64,000 nucleotides of DNA from Nitrososphaerota archaeon (GCA_038845265.1 JAWBQR010000001.1:38055-102054), one strand, 5' to 3'; counted from the first letter of the stretch, positions 21,661-31,682 are shown. The notes: generated by a model not told the origin, from the sequence alone. Numbers and translations: made by a program.

Positions 21661-22281
21661 TTACTGAGACTTAGAAACTGAGTCGGTCTCCATCGTTTTT
21701 ATGCCTTCTGGAATCTCTGGGAATGTTGATTTCATGCGTTGAGCAGCAATTTCTGAAGCCTCTTGAAGTATTTTCTGTGCCTCACTATCTGAAACCGAGA
21801 CATTTACTACTGCGCCAGACACCGTCCCAGCTTCAATTATTAATCCCTCAAGTATCTCATCGACATGCTTAAGGTTCTGAGCAACTTCAGGCACTATCCC
21901 AGATAGATCCGACTGAACTTGTTTAATAATTGTAGTTGCTGGACCTAGCACATGCATTACATCTCCAAACTCTTTAACCGTTTCAAGTCTAAGTATGACT
22001 TTTTCGAGTGATAGCTGACTCCTGACCACTATCCTTGACATCTTTCTCAGCTGTGCAATTTCGTTCGCATAGATGGTTGCTCGTCCCACATCACCCTCCT
22101 GCTGCGCCCTTACGCATTGCTCAAAAAGCTCTTTGCCCCGCCCTATTAATCGCTGGCTGGTCCTGTTCAGCTTCTCAGACTGAATCTTAAGCGCAGTAAT
22201 TATCTCTAAGTATCTACCATCGGAAGAAAATGCTGTTCCTCCTGTGCCCCCTTTGCTGAATGGATTTCTCAACTTTATCAC
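21661..22281 (-). CDS. ESCRT-III/Snf7-family protein (CdvB-like)
   Basis: A helical hairpin pattern (RATIYANEIAQLRKMSRIVVRSQLSLEKVILRLETVKEFGDVMHVLGP) resembling archaeal CdvB/Snf7 core helices. It is about 200 aa with an acidic C-terminus. Confidence 0.45.
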   Translation of the reverse strand: MIKLRNPFSKGGTGGTAFSSDGRYLEIITALKIQSEKLNRTSQRLIGRGKELFEQCVRAQQEGDVGRATIYANEIAQLRKMSRIVVRSQLSLEKVILRLETVKEFGDVMHVLGPATTIIKQVQSDLSGIVPEVAQNLKHVDEILEGLIIEAGTVSGAVVNVSVSDSEAQKILQEASEIAAQRMKSTFPEIPEGIKTMETDSVSKSQ

Positions 22282-22467
22282 TTTCAGTTCCCAGTCCTGA
22301 CGCCCACGTATTTAATTTTTATCGACTTGGACTTCCGAGAATTTCCCTATGAATACCATGGGCTTATGCCAAAACGATGAAATCTCTTATAGATCCCCTT
22401 AATAGAGATTTTTACATTTATAAATCGAGACTGAAAAATTCTCTAAAAGGGGAAGAGAGGGTTAGTA

Positions 22468-23079
22468 ATGGGAAAATTAGCAATAATTATGACAGATTTT
22501 AAAGAAATTGCAGGTAAAGAGAGAGGATTATACCCAATTAACAACAGACCAGTTATGGAATACGTCCTAGAGTCAATTCCTGATGAAGTCGAAGAGATCA
22601 TGATATCTGTCAGAGGTGAAAAAGAAGCAGAAGCATATGGCTTCTTGGCTGATAAATTTTTAGCACGAATATATTTGGCAGGTAATAAGATGATCGGGAC
22701 CCAACTTGCAAGCATCATGGAAGAATCTCAGGCGCAAGACACTTACTTAGTATTGCCATGCGATGCCCCACTTTTAAAAATTGAATATAATAGTTTTTTA
22801 TTTGATGTGTGTAGGAAATTTTCAGCAGCAATCCCAAGAACTTCGGATGACAAAAGATACTACTTATTCTCATCCTATAGATCGGAAGAGTTTTTAAGTG
22901 CATATTATAAAGCATCAAGTCCAGAAATGGATGAAATTGTTTCGAAGATGCGGAATGTATTATTTATAAATGTAAATGCCCTAAAAATATTTGATGATAA
23001 ACTTAACCTGTTGCTCAGAGTAACAAGTGTAGAAGAGGCAAAAAGGGCCGAACGAATAATTAGGTCAAAAGATCAATAA
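22468..23079 (+). CDS. MobA-like nucleotidyltransferase-fold protein with a degenerate glycine loop (possibly CofC-like 2-phospho-L-lactate guanylyltransferase)
   Basis: LVLPCDAPLL (the DxP motif of MobA/CofC-like NTP transferases) and AIPRTSDDKRYYLF. The N-terminal GGxGxR loop is replaced by TDFKEIAGKER. Confidence 0.35.
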   Translation: MGKLAIIMTDFKEIAGKERGLYPINNRPVMEYVLESIPDEVEEIMISVRGEKEAEAYGFLADKFLARIYLAGNKMIGTQLASIMEESQAQDTYLVLPCDAPLLKIEYNSFLFDVCRKFSAAIPRTSDDKRYYLFSSYRSEEFLSAYYKASSPEMDEIVSKMRNVLFINVNALKIFDDKLNLLLRVTSVEEAKRAERIIRSKDQ

Positions 23080-23102
23080 TTTACATGTGATGGGACATTA
23101 AG

Positions 23103-23801
23103 ATGGGATTAGCTAATGATTGGGCCCATGTCATCACCAGCATCTCAAAACTAGAGAGAAAATATCGATTAATTAATAGAATAATCTCCCTAGGAATGGA
23201 TACTAAAGTTCGGAAAAAGGGGGTATATCTTTCAGGTCATCCAGCTGGAAAAGTTCTGGACGCAGGAGCAGGTGACGGTTCATTATCAATCGAGATACTA
23301 AAGATATCAAATAGCAATTTGAACATGATTTTACTAGATCCATTATTAAATATGTTAAAGATTGCTAAAGAAAAAATAAATGATTATCGGATAGATTATG
23401 TAGTGGGGTTGCTTGAAAAATCGCCTTTCCGTGACACTTCATTTAATAAGGTATACATGGCTTTTTCTCTACGCGACATGTATAACCTAGACGAGGCTGT
23501 CAGAAATTTATTATTCCTCATGAAAAATAAAGCTACTTTGACAGTGATAGATATCGGCAAACCTGAACATAAATCTCTACAGATAGTGTTCTCTCTATAT
23601 TGGAGTATAGTTGCTCCCTTGCTCACTTTGTTCGGCGCACCCTCTGCATGGAGACTAATTTATATGATTTATCCTACATATAGACGGTTGTTAACAAATA
23701 ATAAATTAGCTAATAAACTAAAAAGCTATTTCAAGATTCGAATAGTCAAACAATTATTTTATGGCGGCATAATAATCATTATTGCTGAGAAGACGGCTTA
23801 A
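23103..23801 (+). CDS. Class I SAM-dependent methyltransferase, UbiE/MenG/COQ5-like
   Basis: Motif I (VLDAGAGDGSLS) and post-I (YMAFSLRDM, cf. UbiE AFGLRN). Confidence 0.65.
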   Translation: MGLANDWAHVITSISKLERKYRLINRIISLGMDTKVRKKGVYLSGHPAGKVLDAGAGDGSLSIEILKISNSNLNMILLDPLLNMLKIAKEKINDYRIDYVVGLLEKSPFRDTSFNKVYMAFSLRDMYNLDEAVRNLLFLMKNKATLTVIDIGKPEHKSLQIVFSLYWSIVAPLLTLFGAPSAWRLIYMIYPTYRRLLTNNKLANKLKSYFKIRIVKQLFYGGIIIIIAEKTA

Positions 23802-23869
23802 TGATCATTTATACTAGGCATGTTTAATTATTTCCATAAATTCCTAATTGTTTAGAACTGGGATTAACA

Positions 23870-26800
23870 ATGATTGACACAGGAGAACTTCTAAAAAAAT
23901 TGGGATACGAATACTATGAATTGTGGGAAGAGAAGGTAGTACCTAACCGTGTCGCCCTCACTTTTTCCGACATACTACCTGAATTAGAGAGAAAAAACTT
24001 AGAAATAGCTTCTTATAAACTATTTGAACATCAGTTAAAGTCATATCAAGCTCTTCTAAATGGTAGGAACTTAATCCTAAAATCTGGTACTGGTTCTGGA
24101 AAGACGGAATCATGGTTTCTATACGCCGCAAAGAAAAAATGCAAGACATTGGTATTATATCCTACGCTGGCCCTCTCAAATGATCAAATCGTGAGGCTCA
24201 GGAACTATGGAGAGGCAGTAGGGTTAAAAATCATGATAATTGATGCTCCTAGTAAGTCACGAATTGTTGCAGAAAAGGGATATAAGAATGCAAAACGCGA
24301 AATAGCAGATGCAGATATAATATTAACAAATCCAGCTTTCCTATTGAGTGATATAAAGAAACTAGGAACGAACAAGCCACCATTTCTAAGAGAATTTTTA
24401 TATAATCTCTCTTTTTTAGTCATTGACGATTTTGATTTCTACTCTCCTAGAAGCATTGCCATATTGCTGGGAATGCTTAGAATAATTGGACTCACGGTCA
24501 CGCGGAATCCACAAATTGCTATTTTAACGGCAATGCTTGAAAACCCAATTGAAATAGGCAACGCACTTAAATCGATAAATGGACGTGAATATGAGATAAT
24601 AGAGGGTAAAGCATACCATCCAGAAAATAAAATATATGTTATCCTTGGGAAAAACCTGAAAAAAATTTGGGAGGATATATGTAAAGAAAGAGATAAAATC
24701 GAAAAGTTAGGAGTAGGTAAAGACATTGAAGAATCATTAAATGATTATGATGTTTTTAAGAAGAATTTTTATAAAGTCTTGGAAATAGCTAGAATTGCAG
24801 GAGTTAGAATAGAAGAAGAATCATCTCCCAGTTATTTAGACATTCTATCTTCATATGCCGAAGATTCGGGCCTCACAATTGTCTTTACCAGAAGCATTTC
24901 TAAATCAGAAGAAATTGCGAGACTATTATCAGATCGATTAGGTAACGGAAAAGTGTACGCTCATCACCACTTGATTGACAAAAATACTAGAGAAAAAATT
25001 GAAGAAATGGCAAGAAATGGAGAGATAAAGATTCTTGTCTCTCCGAGAACCCTTTCACAGGGCATAGACATTGGTCAAGTTATAAGGACCGTACATATTG
25101 GGCTTCCAGAAACTCTTCGAGAGTTTCTGCAAAAGGAGGGCAGAAAGGGTAGAAGAGAAGCAATTTCAAGAACTGAAAGCATAATTATTCCACAATATTC
25201 ATGGGACTATAATTTACTGAGAAGAGGAACAATGGCACTTATAAAATGGCTCAGCCTCTCGAGAGAGAAAATCATCTTGAATCAGAATAACAAATACATC
25301 ACATTGTTCACTGGACTCTTCAAGATGAGTAGACCATCCCTATTCACAGAACTAACAGAAGATGAGCTAAAATTGCTTGATTCGCTTAGGCTTAAAAAGG
25401 ATTTGCAATTAACTCAGGCTGGGAAAAGAGCTTGGTTGAGAATGAATTTTTACGAGTTCGCACCACCTTTAGGAATTAAAAGACTTAAGAAAGTAAACGA
25501 GCATTATGACCAGCTCGAAGATATATCACATGTCGACTTGGTAGAAAAATTTCAAATAGGATGTATTGACTATACCTCTGACGGAATAGTCACTAGGCAT
25601 GTTAGATCTCGAGAAAGCAGTAGAGCTGTCACCGCAGTCGTAATTGAAGACCTAAGTGAGCCCACGTTAATGAAGTATGAAGAATTGTCCTATCCATTAG
25701 AAGAATACTATGCTGTTAAGAGGAGATGGAGCGAGACACCATCCATTAAATCAGATTATTATTCAGGCAGATTACACTCAGATGTTCAATGCGTAGTCAA
25801 GGCGCCCGATGGATTTGACAAATACGTTAAGATTCCTAATCATGTTCAATGGAGAGTCAGAAGCAAGCATTATAGATATTACGTGATTGGGGAGAATACA
25901 ATACTTAGTCATGAAGCAAGAAGCATAATTGTTCCTGCTTTAACAAACGGAGTATACTATGATTATACATATGGAATGTTATTTGAGATGGATCCATCAG
26001 ACGACCCTAACCTACTAAGACTTGGGTTAGCATTCATAGAGCTAGTTATGCGGAGAATATTATCCATTCCTTTTGACACAATCGAGTACGATGTCACGGT
26101 TGTAGGTGATAGGAAATTTGTTGGAATCCATGAGACTGAGTCTGCTGGACTTTTAGAAATTTTAGAATGGCTAGACTTTAAGAAAAAGCTCGAGGAATAT
26201 CAACCAGACGAATTAGACGAGTTTTTACTGGAAGAGATCAATGAAACGGCTTTCTCTTCATGGATTTCTAGAGGAATGGACTGGAACGTGGCTAAACATT
26301 ACTCCATAAAAATAATTGATCAAATTTTGTTGAGGAAGACATTGAAGCTATCATTAGGTCAAAGAGAGATTGTCATTCCACTACCAAGCAAATCTCATAA
26401 AAGAGTTGTATTAACCGCAAATAAATATGTGATTGACCCTCATGGAGTCGTTACGTTGTACTGTATCGGGATCTATGATGGAGAAAGATTTTATGTTCCG
26501 GTTGGATTCAAGACTCCAGAAGGAATAGATGAAGCTTATCTAGAGGTCTCAGCAATTCTTTCTAAGAGAATTGATGAAAACTTTACCATTTATACATATG
26601 ACTTATCCTTGCTAAAAACCATGTTTTCGAGCCTAGGCTTAAAATCACTTGAGGTAAAACTTCTAGGAATAGAACTTATAAAAAGACTTGTAGACGTGAA
26701 GAAAAAATTTTTAGAAAAATTAGGTAAAAATTTACCTCTTAATGAGGCTGAGAATTTGGTCGGGTTAAAAAGAGATTCAAGACCTATTGATATCGCCGCA

Positions 26801-26950
26801 GAAGCTGCAAGAATTTCTCTTGATATTTCTAATCCTAATTGGAGGAAAATTGTTTTGGACAGACTGGCACCAATAATAGAAAAAGTGACAGTTGACGAGC
26901 TGAAAAATACTTATCTATTGAGTTTTATTTTGGAGAGTGAATTCACATAA
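23870..26950 (+). CDS. Superfamily-2 DEAD/DEAH-type helicase (YprA/MrfA- or RecQ-like core, about 460 aa) fused to an uncharacterised ~560-aa C-terminal region
   Basis: Motif I SGTGSGKTE, Ia LYPTLALSNDQ, II VIDDFDFY (DDFD in place of DExH), III ILTAM, VI LQKEGRKGRRE. The C-terminal half has no recognisable motifs and no Cys4 cluster. Confidence 0.65.
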   Translation: MIDTGELLKKLGYEYYELWEEKVVPNRVALTFSDILPELERKNLEIASYKLFEHQLKSYQALLNGRNLILKSGTGSGKTESWFLYAAKKKCKTLVLYPTLALSNDQIVRLRNYGEAVGLKIMIIDAPSKSRIVAEKGYKNAKREIADADIILTNPAFLLSDIKKLGTNKPPFLREFLYNLSFLVIDDFDFYSPRSIAILLGMLRIIGLTVTRNPQIAILTAMLENPIEIGNALKSINGREYEIIEGKAYHPENKIYVILGKNLKKIWEDICKERDKIEKLGVGKDIEESLNDYDVFKKNFYKVLEIARIAGVRIEEESSPSYLDILSSYAEDSGLTIVFTRSISKSEEIARLLSDRLGNGKVYAHHHLIDKNTREKIEEMARNGEIKILVSPRTLSQGIDIGQVIRTVHIGLPETLREFLQKEGRKGRREAISRTESIIIPQYSWDYNLLRRGTMALIKWLSLSREKIILNQNNKYITLFTGLFKMSRPSLFTELTEDELKLLDSLRLKKDLQLTQAGKRAWLRMNFYEFAPPLGIKRLKKVNEHYDQLEDISHVDLVEKFQIGCIDYTSDGIVTRHVRSRESSRAVTAVVIEDLSEPTLMKYEELSYPLEEYYAVKRRWSETPSIKSDYYSGRLHSDVQCVVKAPDGFDKYVKIPNHVQWRVRSKHYRYYVIGENTILSHEARSIIVPALTNGVYYDYTYGMLFEMDPSDDPNLLRLGLAFIELVMRRILSIPFDTIEYDVTVVGDRKFVGIHETESAGLLEILEWLDFKKKLEEYQPDELDEFLLEEINETAFSSWISRGMDWNVAKHYSIKIIDQILLRKTLKLSLGQREIVIPLPSKSHKRVVLTANKYVIDPHGVVTLYCIGIYDGERFYVPVGFKTPEGIDEAYLEVSAILSKRIDENFTIYTYDLSLLKTMFSSLGLKSLEVKLLGIELIKRLVDVKKKFLEKLGKNLPLNEAENLVGLKRDSRPIDIAAEAARISLDISNPNWRKIVLDRLAPIIEKVTVDELKNTYLLSFILESEFT

Positions 26951-26965
26951 GTCCTTTATATGTTT

Positions 26966-28480
26966 TTAGCCCTTTACGACGCCTATCGGCACTAGACGTG
27001 CCACTTTCTTGCTAAGTCCAACTTGATGAGCAACTTCGACTACTTCGTCGGGATCTTTGTAGGCTTCCGGCACTTCTTCCACAATTGTGTCCATTGTGTC
27101 ACCCTTCACGTATATGCCCTTACTTTCTAGTGATCGAATGACAGTATCGCTTCTATATTGTCGTTTTGCACTTGCCCTGCTCATTTGACGACCCGCGCCA
27201 TGTGCAGTGCTCCCGAAGCTAAGCTCTAATGAGCTAGGCGAGCCCACGAGAACCCAACTAGCGGTGCCCATGCTTCCCGGTAAGAATACTGGCTGACCAT
27301 AGTTTCGATAAGTCGCCGGTATCATGTCGCTGTAATATTCGTATTTACCTGGAAAACTTCTGGTAGCCCCTTTTCTGTGGACAAATACGGCTCTTAGCTC
27401 TCCGTCTACCTTGTGTTTCTCAAGTTTAACAATATTGTGAGCAACATCGTAAACTATATTCATCGATATATTTTCTGCCCGCTGCTTAAAGACATGTTCA
27501 AAACTCTGTCTGACCCAGTGACTAATCGCTTGCCTATTTGCAAAGGCAAAGTTGACTGCACAACCAAACGCCTTGAGGTACTGTTCCGCTTCTTGACTGC
27601 TTGCAGGCGCGCATGCCAATTCCCGGTCTGGGAGCCTCAAATTGTATTTATGCACTGCACGTTCCATAACTCTAAGAAAATCACTGCAGATTTGATGTCC
27701 ATACCCTCTGCTCCCAGTATGTATAAGAACAGTAACTTGTCCTTCTTCATATATTCCCATCACCTTCGCTATATCTGGATCAAATATCTTCTCTACTCTC
27801 TGTATCTCCAAGAAATGATTTCCGCTACCTAATGTTCCTATTTGGGCTTCACCCCTGCTCTTCGCTTCTCGAGAAACAACTGATGGGTCAGGGTCAGGAA
27901 TATCTCCTATCTTATCGCGAGGATATCTTCCCTCCTCCTCAATATGTTTATAATCATCGCTCCATCCAAGTCCATACTTCTCTATCACGTATCTGGCACC
28001 CTCCATCGCGATTCTATCAAGGTCGCTATGAGTGACTCTAAAATCGCTACGGCGTGAACCTAATCCGGCTGGAACGTTTAAAAATATTGTATTTATAAGC
28101 TCTCTTATTTTTGGTAATACGTCCTTTACATGGAGATCTGTCACTATTAGTCTAACGCCGCAGTTTATGTCATATCCGACGCCTCCTGGAGAGACTACTC
28201 CTTCGGTTGCATCCATTGCTGCAACTCCGCCTATTGGAAATCCATAACCTTCATGTGCGTCTGGAAGGACAGCTACATGTTTCACGACGCCCGGAAGCGT
28301 AGATACATTTACAGCCTGCACAAGTGTTCTATCCACCAACATCTTTTGTAACAATTGTTCAGATGCATAGACATAAACAGGAGTCTTCATATCACTACGG
28401 TATTCCTTCGGAATCAACCATACATTGTTTGAGATTTTCTGAAGAGGTATCTTGGTAGCCATTCTAACTGTTATTACCAC
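26966..28480 (-). CDS. rtcB: tRNA-splicing/RNA 3'-phosphate ligase RtcB
   Basis: Metal-binding motifs (DINCGVRL, HTGSRGYGHQ, GSGNHF, HGAGR). Confidence 0.9.
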   Translation of the reverse strand: MVITVRMATKIPLQKISNNVWLIPKEYRSDMKTPVYVYASEQLLQKMLVDRTLVQAVNVSTLPGVVKHVAVLPDAHEGYGFPIGGVAAMDATEGVVSPGGVGYDINCGVRLIVTDLHVKDVLPKIRELINTIFLNVPAGLGSRRSDFRVTHSDLDRIAMEGARYVIEKYGLGWSDDYKHIEEEGRYPRDKIGDIPDPDPSVVSREAKSRGEAQIGTLGSGNHFLEIQRVEKIFDPDIAKVMGIYEEGQVTVLIHTGSRGYGHQICSDFLRVMERAVHKYNLRLPDRELACAPASSQEAEQYLKAFGCAVNFAFANRQAISHWVRQSFEHVFKQRAENISMNIVYDVAHNIVKLEKHKVDGELRAVFVHRKGATRSFPGKYEYYSDMIPATYRNYGQPVFLPGSMGTASWVLVGSPSSLELSFGSTAHGAGRQMSRASAKRQYRSDTVIRSLESKGIYVKGDTMDTIVEEVPEAYKDPDEVVEVAHQVGLSKKVARLVPIGVVKG

Positions 28481-28595
28481 TTGGCATTATTTAAAAATAC
28501 TTTAATTTATCCATAATAGGACTCATCTCACTTTTGCGTGTCTGACATTCGTATTAATATAGCTTGAAAGTCAAATTAATGACTGAACGAGAGGA

Positions 28596-29033
28596 CTAGA
28601 CACTCGCTACCGATATGATCCCTAATGAAGGAAATTTTTTTATGAATTCAATTACTAAAGCCTTATAGGTATAGGCCTGTCCATCCGGAGTCTTATTAAC
28701 TGACGATAACCCCATAAGTATTCTGAAAACTTCTTCTGCCCCATGGCCCTTTATTAAATATACATCCTTTCCAAGATCTTTTCTGGGGACAAACACTATC
28801 GGGAAAACCTCACATTCTAGGCAACATCCCCTCAATAATTCTGCCGCCTTGATGAGTTCATTTTTATTGAAAAAATGTTTTTCTCCGTTTACTTGATTGA
28901 CTGATGGTTCATCCATTAATAATAATTGACGAATGGATAGCCTTTTAGCAGGCATACTAGCTCCAAGTTTTTTAATATACTCAACTAACAAAGCATCAGT
29001 TACTGCTTCTTTATCAATTAACCCCTCACTCAT
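28596..29033 (-). CDS. Hypothetical protein upstream of rtcB on the same strand. It is not archease: the EHTAD motif is absent.
   Basis: ORF in the track. It has a CCLEC cysteine triplet and no recognised domain. Confidence 0.3.
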   Translation of the reverse strand: MSEGLIDKEAVTDALLVEYIKKLGASMPAKRLSIRQLLLMDEPSVNQVNGEKHFFNKNELIKAAELLRGCCLECEVFPIVFVPRKDLGKDVYLIKGHGAEEVFRILMGLSSVNKTPDGQAYTYKALVIEFIKKFPSLGIISVASV

Positions 29034-29087
29034 TTTGACATCTATCCAATTTTAATATTCATCAGGGATGCATATATAAGCTAGGTT

Positions 29088-29510
29088 TTGTCCACTAAAT
29101 TTAGAGATAACTTGGTGAGAACAATTCAACTCTTCGTCGGAGCTAGGAAAGAGGCTAAGGCGAGACTTAGGGTGACGCCTGGGCAGGGGAGGGTATACAT
29201 AAATGGAATACCGGTTGAGATATATGGAAATGAAATAGTACGTGAAAAGATCCTTACACCACTTAGGTTGGATGATAAATTTGTGAAGACCCATGACTTT
29301 AGGATAAAAGTAGAAGGAGGTGGCATAATCGGTCAAGCTGACGCATGTGCGATGGCTATTGCAAGGGCGTTAGCTGCGCATTCAGAGAGCTTAAAAGCGA
29401 AGATTCTTCAGTTTAATCGATATCTTATTGCTGGTGATCCTAGGAGGACGGAGCCTAAAAAACCAAATAGAAGGTCGGCGAGACGTTTCAAACAGAAGAG
29501 CTACAGGTAA
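29088..29510 (+). CDS. rps9: 30S ribosomal protein S9 (uS9)
   Basis: GGGIIGQADACAMAIARAL and a basic C-terminal tail ...RRFKQKSYR. Confidence 0.85.
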   Translation: MSTKFRDNLVRTIQLFVGARKEAKARLRVTPGQGRVYINGIPVEIYGNEIVREKILTPLRLDDKFVKTHDFRIKVEGGGIIGQADACAMAIARALAAHSESLKAKILQFNRYLIAGDPRRTEPKKPNRRSARRFKQKSYR

Positions 29511-29586
29511 AGATTATAGGGATGAATTGCTGAATATTGATTAAAGAAAGGGTATTTAAATTTCTTAATTACTATCTTCGACAGGT

Positions 29587-29799
29587 ATGATGTTTCCGAT
29601 TAGATGCTTTTCATGCGGCGCACCGATAGCTGATAAGTGGGAAAAATTTGTGGAAGCCATTGAGTCTGGAGAGGAGGCGGGAAAGGCTTTAGATAGCCTC
29701 GGAATAACTAGATACTGCTGTAGAAGAATGTTCCTCTCACATGTTGAATACTTTGATGAAATAGTCCAGTTTGAATCATGGTTCGGTAAGAGTCGATAA
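29587..29799 (+). CDS. rpoN: DNA-directed RNA polymerase subunit N (Rpo10/RpoN)
   Basis: MMFPIRCFSCG...RYCCRRM is a zinc-bundle signature. Confidence 0.85.
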   Translation: MMFPIRCFSCGAPIADKWEKFVEAIESGEEAGKALDSLGITRYCCRRMFLSHVEYFDEIVQFESWFGKSR

Positions 29800-29802
29800 G
29801 AT

Positions 29803-31053
29803 ATGAGCATGACGATAAAAAACATTACAGGAAGAATTATTTATGACAGCAGAGGCGACAAGACAATAGAAGTTGAGGTTAATGTTGACGGATTTATTGG
29901 TCAGGCTGCAGCACCTTCAGGTAAAAGTAGAGGCGCAAAAGAAGCAGAACCATTCCCGCCCGGCGGCCCGGAGGAAGCACTTTCCATACTGAGAAGCAAT
30001 ATAGCACCAAAATTATTAGGATTAGGAATTAAGGATCATAGGACAGTTGATGAAGTGCTTATTAATCTTGATGGTAATTGGAATTTTTCTAAGATTGGCG
30101 GAAATGTTGCATTGGCGATATCAATTGCTACGGCGATAGCGATTTCTAAGTTGAAGGGAGTGTCTCTTTATGCTTACCTCGCCTCATTAACCAATACTGA
30201 GCCAGCATTACCACTACCATTAGGAAACGTAATAGGCGGTGGTAAGCATGCTGGTCCTGGGGCGCCAGAGATTCAGGAAATTCTAGTAATTCCGAGAAAC
30301 CCAAACACAATCAATGATGCTGTATTTGCAAATATTAAGGTACATAAGACAGTCGGCAAATTATTAGAACAGAAAATCACTAACTATCCGCTAGGCAAGG
30401 GGGACGAGGGTGCATATGCACCACCTATAAGCGTTGAGAGAGCCCTAGAAGTAGTATATGATGCTGCTAAGAAAGTCGAAGATGAGTTGGGGGTCAAAAT
30501 ATCAATTGGAATGGATGTAGCTGGAACTAATATTTATAATCCCAGTAAAAAAATGTATGTGCTTACTAGTGTCGGCTTGTATCTCGACAAAGAAGATTTT
30601 CTTCAATACTTGGCCGAGTTGTCTGATAAATACGAAATAATATATATCGAGGACCCATTTAATGAAGAGGATCTGGAATCTTTTCAAAACCTCTCAAAAG
30701 CCCTGCCTAAAACATACATCTGTGGCGATGATTTAGTAGTTACGAGAGCGGAACTAATTAGTAAAGCTGCTTCACTCAAGGCCATTAGGGCAGCGATAAT
30801 TAAGCCAAACCAAGTGGGTACACTATCACTTACTTGGGATGCTGTTAAGACTGGTAAAGATTTTAATCTACTTTTAGTTGCATCACATAGGTCCGGCGAG
30901 ACAACTGATCATTATTTACCCCATATTGCCGTAGGCTTTGGATGCAAGGTTATTAAGGCAGGAATAATGGGTGGAGAGAGAGTAGCGAAGGCTAATGAAT
31001 TAATAAGGATGGGAGAACACTTGAAGACGGTACAGAGGCTGATGAGCAGTTGA
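29803..31053 (+). CDS. eno: Enolase (phosphopyruvate hydratase)
   Basis: DSRGDKTIEVEV, SHRSGET and the overall enolase barrel. It sits in the conserved S9-RpoN-eno-S2 neighbourhood. Confidence 0.9.
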   Translation: MSMTIKNITGRIIYDSRGDKTIEVEVNVDGFIGQAAAPSGKSRGAKEAEPFPPGGPEEALSILRSNIAPKLLGLGIKDHRTVDEVLINLDGNWNFSKIGGNVALAISIATAIAISKLKGVSLYAYLASLTNTEPALPLPLGNVIGGGKHAGPGAPEIQEILVIPRNPNTINDAVFANIKVHKTVGKLLEQKITNYPLGKGDEGAYAPPISVERALEVVYDAAKKVEDELGVKISIGMDVAGTNIYNPSKKMYVLTSVGLYLDKEDFLQYLAELSDKYEIIYIEDPFNEEDLESFQNLSKALPKTYICGDDLVVTRAELISKAASLKAIRAAIIKPNQVGTLSLTWDAVKTGKDFNLLLVASHRSGETTDHYLPHIAVGFGCKVIKAGIMGGERVAKANELIRMGEHLKTVQRLMSS

Positions 31054-31682
31054 GTGATAGTACATACATAAGTCCTGAAGTCGAGTTGCAAGAATTATTA
31101 GTAAAAAGCGGCGTCCATTTAGGAGCAAAAATAAAAGTAAAACACATGGAGAGATTCATCTATAGATTAAGAGCGGATGGTGTATATCTATTCGACGTAA
31201 AGAAAATACTTGAAAGGCTTAACATCGCTGCTAAAATGATAGCAATGAATGATTTAAATAAGGTTGTAGTTGTGTCAACACATGTATATGGAATTAAGGC
31301 AGTGCAAAAATTTTGTGAAATAACTGGTGCAATTCCTATTGCAGGGAAAATTCCAGCTGGAATTTTTACTAACAGAACATTGAAGTACTATCTTGAGCCA
31401 GCGCTTGTAGTCGTTTCTGATCCGCGATATGATATGCAAGCAGTCATTGAAGCAAGCATAGCTAGAAAGCCAGTAATAGCAATGTGCAGCACTGACAATA
31501 CATGTAGCAATATAGATCTGATAATACCTATGAATAATAGAGGAAGAACATCCTTACCTTTTGCCTTCTGGTATCTTGCAAGGAGAGTACTTATTGAGAA
31601 AGGATTAGCGACGCCTGAACTACTTGAAAAAATAACTATTGAACAATTTACAACGCAAGCGGTAAGCGAGGAAGAGGAATAA
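31050..31682 (+). CDS. rps2: 30S ribosomal protein S2 (uS2)
   Basis: GVHLGAK...RADGVYLFDVKK is the S2 signature. It follows eno, as is usual in archaea. Confidence 0.85.
   Translation: MSDSTYISPEVELQELLVKSGVHLGAKIKVKHMERFIYRLRADGVYLFDVKKILERLNIAAKMIAMNDLNKVVVVSTHVYGIKAVQKFCEITGAIPIAGKIPAGIFTNRTLKYYLEPALVVVSDPRYDMQAVIEASIARKPVIAMCSTDNTCSNIDLIIPMNNRGRTSLPFAFWYLARRVLIEKGLATPELLEKITIEQFTTQAVSEEEE

Noticed and set aside
28596-29033. Archease (RtcB cofactor) for the ORF upstream of rtcB
   Set aside because: The conserved archease N-terminal EHTAD motif and length pattern are absent.
29052-29336. 94-aa minus-strand ORF overlapping rps9
   Set aside because: It lies antisense to a conserved ribosomal protein gene and has no motif support.
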